Assembly: GCA_034530875.2 (NCBI GenBank)
Contig: JAVRCJ020000023.1
Span: 66,778-130,777 of the forward strand
Direction: 5' to 3'
Origin: Nostoc sp. DedSLP01
GTDB taxonomy: Bacteria; Cyanobacteriota; Cyanobacteriia; Cyanobacteriales; Nostocaceae
DNA: 64,000 bases
Shown in pieces: positions 52,922 to 61,780 of the stretch (within the stretch, counting starts at the first letter, position 1; each line of letters begins with the position of its first letter). Position numbers and translations under genes: made by a program. The notes under the pieces were generated by a model that worked only from the letters and a program-made list of their open reading frames with translations, was not told where the DNA came from and did not search any database.

Positions 52922-53160
52922 TTTAGATATCCTATGACCAATATAATCATAGCGATCGCTATGATTTTAGGTAACTTCCAAAGAATAAATTGCCACGCAT
53001 TTAAGTAATAATAATTATTATTATATTTTATGAAATATTTTATTTTCTTGAAAATTAATTTCACATTTCAACGAAAGCAATTCCAGAAAAGTTTTGTAAT
53101 ATTTAGAGTGACTAAAGTATGGTTAAACTACGATATACCATCACTTTGGGGTGCCGATAG

Positions 53161-54534
53161 ATGCATAGAAATACTAAAAGATTTGCTGCTATTTTTTTGT
53201 TGGTGTTTACTCTAATTATTTCTCTCAACTTTCCTGTCATCGCTCAAAATACTCCAGATGTTCCTTCCGTGAATTTAGCACCATCTCGAGCTTGTTCGGT
53301 TCCTGCGAATCTCAGAACTCAACAAGTCATTGCTGACAATGGTAGTAGAGAAGCTCAGATGGGCGATATCATTAAGGTTAGAGTCGAAGGATTAGAAGCA
53401 GCCACAAATTCGGCAGCTAAGGGAAATTTATTCGATCCTCGACAATTAGTCTTGTATTTGAATGGCTATGAGTTAAGGAATCTATACGCACAACCAACCA
53501 TAGTTATTGTTAAGGATGGAGATAAAAAAATAGTTGATGAAAATTGGTTAGCCTTTCGGCTCGAGCGTAATGACTCATCTGAAGAAGTATGGAATGCCCT
53601 CATTACCGGAGCCAGATATAGTATTAATCCAATCGTCGGGGTAGGCTGTCCTAATAAAATTGCGATTCCAGTCAGCGATCCTCTATTACCTCCTCAAATC
53701 AAAATAGTTTTATTATCGTGGCGCTTCTGGCTGTGCCTGCTTCTACTTTCGGCTGTTATTTTATTGTTCACTAGGTATTGCCGAAACGCTCTGCGGAGTA
53801 CTGGAATAGAAGGAGTTTACTCGAAAAAAGAGGTAATTGATGGTCAAGAACTATTAATTCCACAACAAGTTAATATTCAACCTCAACCACGGAAATCGAA
53901 AATTGCTCAGTTTTTTCTTGGCAGAAAAAAAATTAATCAGAATCCGTTTAGTTTATCAGTTTCTCAACTTGCTTTCTGGACATTTATAATTTTTGGCTCT
54001 TACATGATTATCTACGGAATCACAGGAGATTATACTAATGTTTTAAACCAACAATCTCTAGTGTTATTAGGAATTAACTCCGTTACTGCTTTTGGTAGCT
54101 CGTTAATTGATGGACAGGGAGATGAGGCAAAAAGAAAGGGAACTCAAAGAGTTTCTCAAGGATTTTTAATGGATATATTATCGGATATTAATGGAGTTAA
54201 TTTCCATCGATTCCAGACATTCATTTGGACAGCTGCGATCGGAGTATTTTTTATTTGGGAAGTTGCGAAAAATCTAGCAATGCCGGAATTTGATGAAACG
54301 CTGCTGACGCTACAAGGAATCAGTTCCGCTACATATCTAGGACTCAGAGGACAAGAGCAGCACGGAATGGTTAAAGACCCAGAACAACCTGTATCTGTCA
54401 AAGATAAATTTCTCGAACAACAGCCTATACCAGCAACAGACAACCCATCCCAAAATGCAGAAACAGACTATCCACCACAAAATGCAGAAACAGACCATCC
54501 ACCAGAGAGCGATTATTCAAATACTTCTAGCTAA
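53161..54534 (+). CDS. Hypothetical membrane protein (signal peptide, exported N-domain, C-terminal TM bundle)
   Basis: 457-aa ORF; FSLSVSQLAFWT, LVLLGINS, HRFQTFIWT, MPEFDETLLTLQGISSATY hydrophobic motifs. Confidence 0.8.
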   Translation: MHRNTKRFAAIFLLVFTLIISLNFPVIAQNTPDVPSVNLAPSRACSVPANLRTQQVIADNGSREAQMGDIIKVRVEGLEAATNSAAKGNLFDPRQLVLYLNGYELRNLYAQPTIVIVKDGDKKIVDENWLAFRLERNDSSEEVWNALITGARYSINPIVGVGCPNKIAIPVSDPLLPPQIKIVLLSWRFWLCLLLLSAVILLFTRYCRNALRSTGIEGVYSKKEVIDGQELLIPQQVNIQPQPRKSKIAQFFLGRKKINQNPFSLSVSQLAFWTFIIFGSYMIIYGITGDYTNVLNQQSLVLLGINSVTAFGSSLIDGQGDEAKRKGTQRVSQGFLMDILSDINGVNFHRFQTFIWTAAIGVFFIWEVAKNLAMPEFDETLLTLQGISSATYLGLRGQEQHGMVKDPEQPVSVKDKFLEQQPIPATDNPSQNAETDYPPQNAETDHPPESDYSNTSS

Positions 54535-54668
54535 ATAATGAAAAGCTGTTTGTATTAGGATTTAGATCCCCGACTTCTTTAATAAGTCGGGGATATTTTG
54601 TTTCAGCAATAATTAATAATTTTAGATATTCTTTGAAATATACAGTCATATTTGCAATTCTATTTTGT

Positions 54669-56324
54669 ATGGTAATTCTGCACGCTGTTTCCGATTTCCT
54701 AGACTCGGATTTTCCCGTCAGTGATTCATCTCCTAATTATTACTATGAAGGGCATTGTCCCCAAAGTGGCGACTGCTTAAAATTACCCCGTACCCCATTG
54801 TCCGAAGCCATCGCCCAAGGACTCATGCAATACCTTACCAAAGACGACTGTTATTCTCAAGAAGGCAAAATGTATGGAATATTATTAGTTGAATTGCCCA
54901 ATAGCGAACAAGGAGTACTCAAAGCTTTCTCTGGTCTTTTGCATGGTTGCAATATGGTTGAGGGCTGGATGCCACCAATACCAGGAAGGGACGAAGTAGC
55001 TTTCCAGGAAACCCGCACTTTGGCACAGTTAGACGCCATCAAGGAAGAAATCCTCAGCTTGAAGCAACTCAACAAACACCAGCAATACAAAGCATTGTCT
55101 GGTGAGTTTGAGCAGCAACTACAAATAATGAGCGATCGCCATCGTGATTGCAAACATCAACGCCAACAAAAACGCCAGCAAATCTGCAATACTCTCACAC
55201 CAGAAGCCCTGGCTATTGCCCTTGAAGAACTCGACGCCGAAAGTCGCCAACAGAAAATCGAACGACGACAACTGAAACGCCAGCAAAATCTAGTATTGCA
55301 ACCCCTCCAGCAGATAATTGCAGCCGCAGATACACGAATTCGAGAACTCAAACAACAGCGCAAAGAACTGTCACGGGAATTACAAACTCAAATGCACGCT
55401 AGCTACAGCCTGACTAATTTTGCTGGGCGATCGCAATCTTTACAACAATTAATGCCAGAAGGCTCACCCACCGGCACAGGAGACTGTTGTGCCCCGAAGT
55501 TACTACATTATGCCGCAACACATCACCTCAAACCGTTAGCAATGGCAGAATTTTGGTGGGGAGCGTCTTCAGCAAATCAAGATAAAATCCAGGGACAATT
55601 TTATGGAGCCTGTGCCGAACGATGTCAGCCATTAATGGGGTTTTTGCTCTCAGGCTTGGGGATGGAGGGGACACGGCGACACTCTGAAACGTCCTCTTCA
55701 CTGCCCATCATTTATGAGGACGAATGGCTGATTGCTGTAGACAAACCGGCTGGGCTACTTTCGGTGCCTGGGCGTTATCGCGATCGCCAAGATAGTGTTT
55801 GGAGTCGCTTGTGTAATCTGTTACCTGATGGCATGAGACTTGGATCTGTGCATCGATTAGACCAAGAAACATCTGGTATTTTGTTGTTGGCACGCGATCG
55901 CCAAACTCATCGACAACTCAGCCAGCAATTCCAGCAGCGGCAGGTTCGCAAGGTTTATGAGGCTTTACTTTCAGGTTTTGTAAAAGTCGAGCAAGGTACA
56001 ATTGAATTGCCATTGTGGGGAGATCCTGAAAATCGTCCTTATCAGCAAGTTGATTGGCAGCGCGGTAAACTCAGTTTGACAAAGTTTCAGGTGATGGGAA
56101 GGGAAGGAGATAACACCCGCGTAGAGTTTACGCCATTAACAGGACGTACCCATCAATTGAGAGTTCATGCGGCAGATGTGGGAGGATTGGGGGTGACTAT
56201 TTTAGGCGATCGCCTTTATGGATGCCGTGCAAATGCAAATCGGTTACATCTACACGCTAGGGAACTTTGTTTCGAGCATCCGCATTCAGGACAAATGCAT
56301 TTAGAAGTAAAAACGCCGTTTTAA
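54669..56324 (+). CDS. RluA-family pseudouridine synthase, long form
   Basis: KPAGLLSVPG, HRLDQETSG, TGRTHQLRVH; N-terminal GKMYG, coiled coil and GDCCAPKLL extension; ATG at 54669. Confidence 0.92.
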   Translation: MVILHAVSDFLDSDFPVSDSSPNYYYEGHCPQSGDCLKLPRTPLSEAIAQGLMQYLTKDDCYSQEGKMYGILLVELPNSEQGVLKAFSGLLHGCNMVEGWMPPIPGRDEVAFQETRTLAQLDAIKEEILSLKQLNKHQQYKALSGEFEQQLQIMSDRHRDCKHQRQQKRQQICNTLTPEALAIALEELDAESRQQKIERRQLKRQQNLVLQPLQQIIAAADTRIRELKQQRKELSRELQTQMHASYSLTNFAGRSQSLQQLMPEGSPTGTGDCCAPKLLHYAATHHLKPLAMAEFWWGASSANQDKIQGQFYGACAERCQPLMGFLLSGLGMEGTRRHSETSSSLPIIYEDEWLIAVDKPAGLLSVPGRYRDRQDSVWSRLCNLLPDGMRLGSVHRLDQETSGILLLARDRQTHRQLSQQFQQRQVRKVYEALLSGFVKVEQGTIELPLWGDPENRPYQQVDWQRGKLSLTKFQVMGREGDNTRVEFTPLTGRTHQLRVHAADVGGLGVTILGDRLYGCRANANRLHLHARELCFEHPHSGQMHLEVKTPF

Positions 56325-56334
56325 ATTTATCGTT

Positions 56335-56958
56335 ATGGATACCCTAATTACACGAGAAAAAATCGAATTGCCAGCTGGTGCGGTATTGAAACTTTTGGGA
56401 ACTTGGGAAGATTATCAAGTACTTAGTCAGCAACTTGGCGATCGCGCCATCCCTCGAATTAAATATCGCAGAGGAGAGATTTTGTTAATGACACCGCTAC
56501 CAGAACATGGAAGAGATGTCGCCTTGTTAGCCGATATTGCTAAAGTTTTGCTGGATCGTTTAGAGCAAAGATACGATTCATTTACGCCCATCACCATGAG
56601 TTTGCCAGAATTTAGCGGTATTGAGCCTGACTATTGCTTTTATATTGAAAATTGGAGAGCCTTGGTAGGTAAGAAGCGTATCGACTGGCAAAACGACCCT
56701 CCACCAGATTTAGTAATTGAGATAGATGTTACTAGTTATACGGATATTAATGATTATCTTCCTTATAAAGTACCAGAGATTTGGCTGTTCAAAAATAAGC
56801 AGTTATTAGTTTATAGATTGCAGGGTGAAAATTACGCAATTTCACAAAGCATTTACTTTCCTAACGTTACAGAAATTGTGCAGCAATGCTTACAAATTGC
56901 AAACGAACAAACAACAAGTGAGGCAATTAGGTGGTTAAGGAGCTTTTTAGTTGGATAA
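56335..56958 (+). CDS. Uma2 family (PD-(D/E)XK) endonuclease-like protein
   Basis: GIEPDYCFYI, PPDLVIEIDVTS, VPEIW motifs. Confidence 0.9.
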   Translation: MDTLITREKIELPAGAVLKLLGTWEDYQVLSQQLGDRAIPRIKYRRGEILLMTPLPEHGRDVALLADIAKVLLDRLEQRYDSFTPITMSLPEFSGIEPDYCFYIENWRALVGKKRIDWQNDPPPDLVIEIDVTSYTDINDYLPYKVPEIWLFKNKQLLVYRLQGENYAISQSIYFPNVTEIVQQCLQIANEQTTSEAIRWLRSFLVG

Positions 56959-56969
56959 ATAGAAAACTA

Positions 56970-57170
56970 TTAGATTTGCTGATAGCGCTCAGCCTTAAAA
57001 TCGGCAATGGCTTCTTGGGCTAATTCTTCCAATTTTCCATCTTTAATATCCTTCTCTAACTGCTCATCCCAACGCTGATTATCTAAATCTGAAAACCATT
57101 TCAGAAGTTTTTGGAATTCATCAGGCGTAAGCTTAAGAATGGCAGCTTCTATTTGCTCAAGTGTCATCAT
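56970..57170 (-). CDS. Small hypothetical protein, possible orphan antitoxin
   Basis: TLEQIEAAILKL...WDEQLEKDIKDGKLEELAQEAIADF, a pattern I recall upstream of RelE-like toxins; no toxin ORF follows. Confidence 0.6.
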   Translation of the reverse strand: MMTLEQIEAAILKLTPDEFQKLLKWFSDLDNQRWDEQLEKDIKDGKLEELAQEAIADFKAERYQQI

Positions 57171-57288
57171 TTCATCATTGCTTTGTTGATTGGTCACTAT
57201 AATCCTAGTCTACTCAAAATCAACCTTACATTTAATAAAAAATAGTATTTTGACACATTCCCGGCAGGAGAAAAATCTTCTCTATCCT

Positions 57289-60200
57289 TTACTTAGCGAC
57301 TGCTGCTTTAATCTGCTTACAAATTTTCACCCAGGCTTCATTCTCTTGTGCAGAGTTCAGACTGTCTAAAGGTTTATTTGGAGGGTGCGCTGATTGATAC
57401 TTTTCAATTTCTGTTTCCTCATAGCCACTATAGGTCAAAGGTATCCAAATAATCGTTAATCCTTCGGCTTCAGCTGCATCTAATAATGGCGGTAATTCAT
57501 TATCGGCAATAAAATCTGATGCTAAAAAATCGGGGCTAACCAACAATACTGCTACTTTTGCGGCTGCTAAAGCTTTTTCAATTTCTTCGCGCCACTTTGC
57601 ACCAGGTTGAATTTTAGTATCATCCCACGCAACAAAAGTTTGGTTGCGAATCATTGGTTTGAGGTGTTTCTGAAGTTTGGTAAGCCATTGTTGATCTTGA
57701 TGACTATAGCTAATGAAAACTTGATTTCTAGTTATAGCTTCGGGCATATAAATTGGGGTATTTTGTGAAGTCAAGAAAACATCATCAATTAATCTCCGAA
57801 CATCCACCATCAGACGACCTTTACGGCACTGGATTTGGTAATCACCAGTATCTTGAAATTCGTAGAGTTCGCTGAGAGGGTAGGAATAAGGCATTTGGCT
57901 ATTCTTACATTTATCGCAGTTACAGGGAACAAGTGTTTGATATTGTAGACGTTCGTAAGACTTATGGATTTTGTCCATTTCATGGGTAATAACTGTTAGC
58001 AATTCTTTCTTGCGTTTTCCTGCTACACGGACTTTAATTTCTCGTTGATTATATTGTTCAATCACTTCTGCACGAGTTTGCTCTTTACTGAGAACAACAC
58101 CTGTTCTCCAAACAAGGGTTTGTTCTTCAATTAAAGAATGCATTTCGACAATAAAGCGAGTAATAATGCCTTTGGGCATGAAATCATAAGCGTAGCGTAG
58201 GATTAGATTGTTAGATTCATCCCAGTTAAAGTCAGGTTGATTGGCAGAGAGTAATTGAGGTGCAATATAATTGCTAGGGCGATTAGGGATTTCGTAACAC
58301 AGTTTAAATTTCATCATTAGTCGCAATAGTTCTGGCCGCATATCGGCATATTTGTCTTCATACCAAATATTTGCTAAATCATTGCGGTCAAATTTACCCA
58401 GATTTTGAATAACTTGTGGATTATCTAATACTTTGTAAACGGCATTTGTACCCCAAGTTGGCTTGAGAATTACGATTTTTCTTAGGAGGTCATCATTTTG
58501 GAAGTGAAGGCATACTCCTAAATCATGCAGATAGTCACTGAGTTGAAGTTTATCCTCTTTTCTAGTAAACCCCTCTTTCTGGCAGATGCTCAAATATTCT
58601 TCAAAATTAATATATTCACGGGAGTCACTTTCTAAAGCTTCCCGCACTTTGACCCAGGTTTTGGGTAGTTTTGTTCCTACATGAGGTAGGTTACTAATAT
58701 AATGTTTAATTTTATTTAGGATTTCTGGCAGACCGCGATCGGTAGCCAGGTTTGTAGTAAGTGTTTCCTTAAAATTAGTGAATTCGTGCCGTAGCTTGCG
58801 CTCGTTTATTTCTCGTTTGCGCTCCTGCTTTTCATTTTTAATAATTAGTAAGGGACTATTACCGCTTAGTAATTCAACCACATTTAGCCAATAGTAGAAA
58901 TCTGTGTCTTCTGTGCGGGTATCAGCAACTACTAAATAAAGAGAACGTTTTGTAAGGAAAAATTGGTGTGTGGCATGATAAATCTCCTGACCACCAAAGT
59001 CCCAAATGTTGACCCGGAATTCTTTGTGATTGTCAAGCAAGAACTTCCATTGAATAATATCAATGCCTTCAGTTGAGATTTCATCCTGTTGTAAAGTATG
59101 TTTCTGGTCTTGAATTTTTTTGGCTAGCGTAGTTTTTCCTGCACCAGCTTCTCCCACAATCAGTAATTTGGCTTCGTATAGGTAATCGCTTTCTTGTTCT
59201 AGTTGTTGCCAATAAAAGTTTAAAATTGCTCTCAGTCCTTTGCTTATGATTTCTGGTGGAAGTGTTTCTAGGGTATTGTTTGATAACTCAAATAAACTGA
59301 GGTTAGTGAGTTGACCTATTTCCGCTGGTAGCGTCGTCAGTTGATTATTGCTGAGGTTAAGCTTGCTGAGATTGGAGAGCTGACCTATTTCTGCTGGTAG
59401 GGTCTTGAGTTGATTGGAATTGAGGTAAAGCTGGCTGAGGTTGAAGAGTTGACCTATTTCTGTTGGCAATGCTGCCAGTTGATTGAATTGAAGATCGAGC
59501 TGGCTGAGGTTGGAGAGTTGACCTATTTCTGCTGGCAATGCTGCCAGTTGATTGAATTGAAGATCGAGCTGGCTGAGGTTGGAGAGTTGACCTATTTCTG
59601 TTGGCAGCGTTGTTAGTTGATTGAATTGAAGATCGAGCTGGCTGAGGTTGGAGAGTTGACCTATTTCTGTTGGCAGCGTTGTTAGTTGATTGAATTTAAG
59701 ATCGAGGTGGCTGAGGTTAGAGAGTTGGCCTATCTCTGCTAGCAATGTTGTCAGTTGATTACTCTTGAGGTCAAGCTGGCTGAGGCTAGAGAGTTGACCT
59801 ATCTCTGCTGGCAGCGTTATCAATTCATTGTATGGGAGGTAAAGCTGTCTGAGGCTGGAGAGTTGACCTATCTCTGCTGGCAATGCTGCCAGTTGATTGA
59901 ATTTAAGATCGAGCTGGTTGAGGTTGAAGAGTTGACCTATCTCTGCTGGCAATGTTGTCAGTTGATTAGAGTTAAGGTAAAGCTCCCTAAGGTTGGAGAG
60001 TTGACCAATTTCTGCTGGTAGGGTCTTGAGTTGATTTGAATTGAGATCGAGCACAGTGAGGTTGCAGATTTGACTAATCTCTGCTGGCAACATTATTAGT
60101 TGATTGGAACTGAGATCGAGCTCTCTAAGGTTGGAGAGTTGACTTATCCTTGCTGGTAGGGTCTTCAATGGTTGATTCGATCTGAGCTTAAGCACATTGA

Positions 60201-60597
60201 GGTTTGAGAGTTGGACTATCTCTTGTGGTAGAACCCTGAGTTGATTTGAACTGAGATCGAGCACAGTGAGGTTGAAGAGTTGACCTATCTGTTGTGGTAG
60301 AGTCTTGAGTTGATTGGAACTGAGATCTAGCTCTCTAAGGTTGGAGAGTTGACCTATCTGTTGTGGTAGAGTCTTAAGTTGATTGGAACTGAGAGCAAGC
60401 ACAGTGAGGCTAGAAAGTTTACCAATCTCTGGTGGCAATGTTGTCAGTTGATTAGAGTTAAGGTAAAGCTGACTAAGGTTGGAAAGTTGACCTATCTCTG
60501 CTGGCAGCTTAGTTAAACCTTTGTCAGAAAGGTCTAACATTGTTGCTTTGGCTCTGACAGCTTCTTCGATGATTTCCAGCAGTTCTTCGTTGGTCAT
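57289..60597 (-). CDS. LRR-Roc-COR-TIR (prokaryotic Roco) protein
   Basis: About 18-19 23-aa LRRs; GEAGAGKTT, WDFGGQEIYHATHQFFLT (Roc); COR region; VFISYSHQD...WDD..I.PG..W..EI...VSPDFLAS...EL (TIR); ATG at 60597. Confidence 0.93.
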   Translation of the reverse strand: MTNEELLEIIEEAVRAKATMLDLSDKGLTKLPAEIGQLSNLSQLYLNSNQLTTLPPEIGKLSSLTVLALSSNQLKTLPQQIGQLSNLRELDLSSNQLKTLPQQIGQLFNLTVLDLSSNQLRVLPQEIVQLSNLNVLKLRSNQPLKTLPARISQLSNLRELDLSSNQLIMLPAEISQICNLTVLDLNSNQLKTLPAEIGQLSNLRELYLNSNQLTTLPAEIGQLFNLNQLDLKFNQLAALPAEIGQLSSLRQLYLPYNELITLPAEIGQLSSLSQLDLKSNQLTTLLAEIGQLSNLSHLDLKFNQLTTLPTEIGQLSNLSQLDLQFNQLTTLPTEIGQLSNLSQLDLQFNQLAALPAEIGQLSNLSQLDLQFNQLAALPTEIGQLFNLSQLYLNSNQLKTLPAEIGQLSNLSKLNLSNNQLTTLPAEIGQLTNLSLFELSNNTLETLPPEIISKGLRAILNFYWQQLEQESDYLYEAKLLIVGEAGAGKTTLAKKIQDQKHTLQQDEISTEGIDIIQWKFLLDNHKEFRVNIWDFGGQEIYHATHQFFLTKRSLYLVVADTRTEDTDFYYWLNVVELLSGNSPLLIIKNEKQERKREINERKLRHEFTNFKETLTTNLATDRGLPEILNKIKHYISNLPHVGTKLPKTWVKVREALESDSREYINFEEYLSICQKEGFTRKEDKLQLSDYLHDLGVCLHFQNDDLLRKIVILKPTWGTNAVYKVLDNPQVIQNLGKFDRNDLANIWYEDKYADMRPELLRLMMKFKLCYEIPNRPSNYIAPQLLSANQPDFNWDESNNLILRYAYDFMPKGIITRFIVEMHSLIEEQTLVWRTGVVLSKEQTRAEVIEQYNQREIKVRVAGKRKKELLTVITHEMDKIHKSYERLQYQTLVPCNCDKCKNSQMPYSYPLSELYEFQDTGDYQIQCRKGRLMVDVRRLIDDVFLTSQNTPIYMPEAITRNQVFISYSHQDQQWLTKLQKHLKPMIRNQTFVAWDDTKIQPGAKWREEIEKALAAAKVAVLLVSPDFLASDFIADNELPPLLDAAEAEGLTIIWIPLTYSGYEETEIEKYQSAHPPNKPLDSLNSAQENEAWVKICKQIKAAVAK

Positions 60598-60770
60598 AGG
60601 TAAAGTTTTCACCAAGGCTATGTCTTTTGGCTTGCCATTGTGCGTCTTGGCAGCAGTGAGATTGAGCTAATTAATTACTAATTTAGCTTGTATCAAGTCT
60701 TGCATCAGGCTGATGAACTCTTGCGCGTCTACACTCCCCCGCAAACCCTCACGCCTCGCCTCAACCTCAC

Positions 60771-60930
60771 AACTCAAATTGTCAAGTCAAAAAACTGATC
60801 GTCCCCCTTCTAACCCTCACCATTCGACCTAAAAACTCAATTTATCGAGTTAAAAAACCGATCGCTCGACCTCTAATCTCGGAAGTTGCACCTTTTTACA
60901 CGAACTGTCGAGCAAAAAAAGCGATCGCCT
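60771..60930. repeat. Degenerate 63-bp (3 x 21) periodic tandem repeat, non-coding
   Basis: T(C/T)(G/A)AG..AAAAAA..GATCG recurs with GATCG at 60797, 60860 and 60923. Confidence 0.65.
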
Positions 60931-61056
60931 GTTGTTGAAAATGCGATCGCTATTTAATCAAACTCTTGTAGTATGGGTATCTTGCCTGCCCCAGCTATAG
61001 AAGTTAAATATACAGCCGCTTATATTAGATTTACCGATAGCGACTAACCCCGAACC

Positions 61057-61087
61057 AGCGATGTCTGCAACGGGCTATGCCTACGCT
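61057..61087. repeat. Small dispersed repeat (AGCGATGTCTGCAACGGGCTATGCCTACGC)
   Basis: Resembles Nostoc small dispersed repeats that insert into HIP1-like GCGAT..CGC sites. Confidence 0.5.
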
Positions 61088-61144
61088 TCTTCGGCTAAAT
61101 CTTCCAATTTCCCATAGTTCAAGAATCAAAGCGGATTACTATAT

Positions 61145-61423
61145 ATGCCTTACGACGTTACTATGTGTCCAGGAGAAAGCTGCCCGGTTAAACAAAATTG
61201 TTACCGTTTTACAGCTGAAATTCTCGGTCGTCAGAATTTTTTTGGACACGCTCCCTATAATTTGACTACTAATTCCTGCGAACTTTTTATTAGCAATCGC
61301 CCAGATGAAAATAAAATCCGTTTAAAAGCTTATGAAATCTGGCAACAAATGGGTTATCCAGATGGCAAGTCCTTAGAACATTGGCTTCAGGCTGAAAAGG
61401 AATTGATAGAACGTCTAACTTAG
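61145..61423 (+). CDS. DUF2934 domain protein with Cys-rich N-terminus
   Basis: IRLKAYEIWQQMGYPDGKSLEHWLQAEKEL; N-terminal C-x4-C-x5-C...C. Confidence 0.8.
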   Translation: MPYDVTMCPGESCPVKQNCYRFTAEILGRQNFFGHAPYNLTTNSCELFISNRPDENKIRLKAYEIWQQMGYPDGKSLEHWLQAEKELIERLT

Positions 61424-61707
61424 GAATTATTGATGTTTGTCTTGGCTACAATTTTAGAGTCCTCTAGCAGAGTATCTAATGATGCCTGTACAGCTTCATT
61501 GACTACAAACGCTTTGGCATTAGTACTGTTATTCAAACTATTTGCTAATTTTCTCCGAAGTGACTCTAAAAACATAGTATTATTACCAAGATCGGAAGCC
61601 TCATCTTCATTGATATCTTCGATTTCATTAAGCCGTTCTTGGTATTTCTCAATGAGGCGATCGATGGCTTCAATGATAAACTGTATATCTTTAAACGACA
61701 GAGCCAT
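61420..61707 (-). CDS. Hypothetical protein
   Basis: 95-aa ORF with AAGGA RBS and helical composition. Confidence 0.6.
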   Translation of the reverse strand: MALSFKDIQFIIEAIDRLIEKYQERLNEIEDINEDEASDLGNNTMFLESLRRKLANSLNNSTNAKAFVVNEAVQASLDTLLEDSKIVAKTNINNS

Positions 61708-61780
61708 TTGAATTTCCTTTTTTGGTAACAGCTAATAAGTAATTTTTTAACTTTTACCTATTAACCGTTACCACATTTAA

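Noticed and set aside
59250..60540. Regular 69-bp repeats as a CRISPR array or DGR template/variable pair
   Set aside because: They are in-frame LRR codons with no unique spacers; no cas or reverse transcriptase gene in the window.
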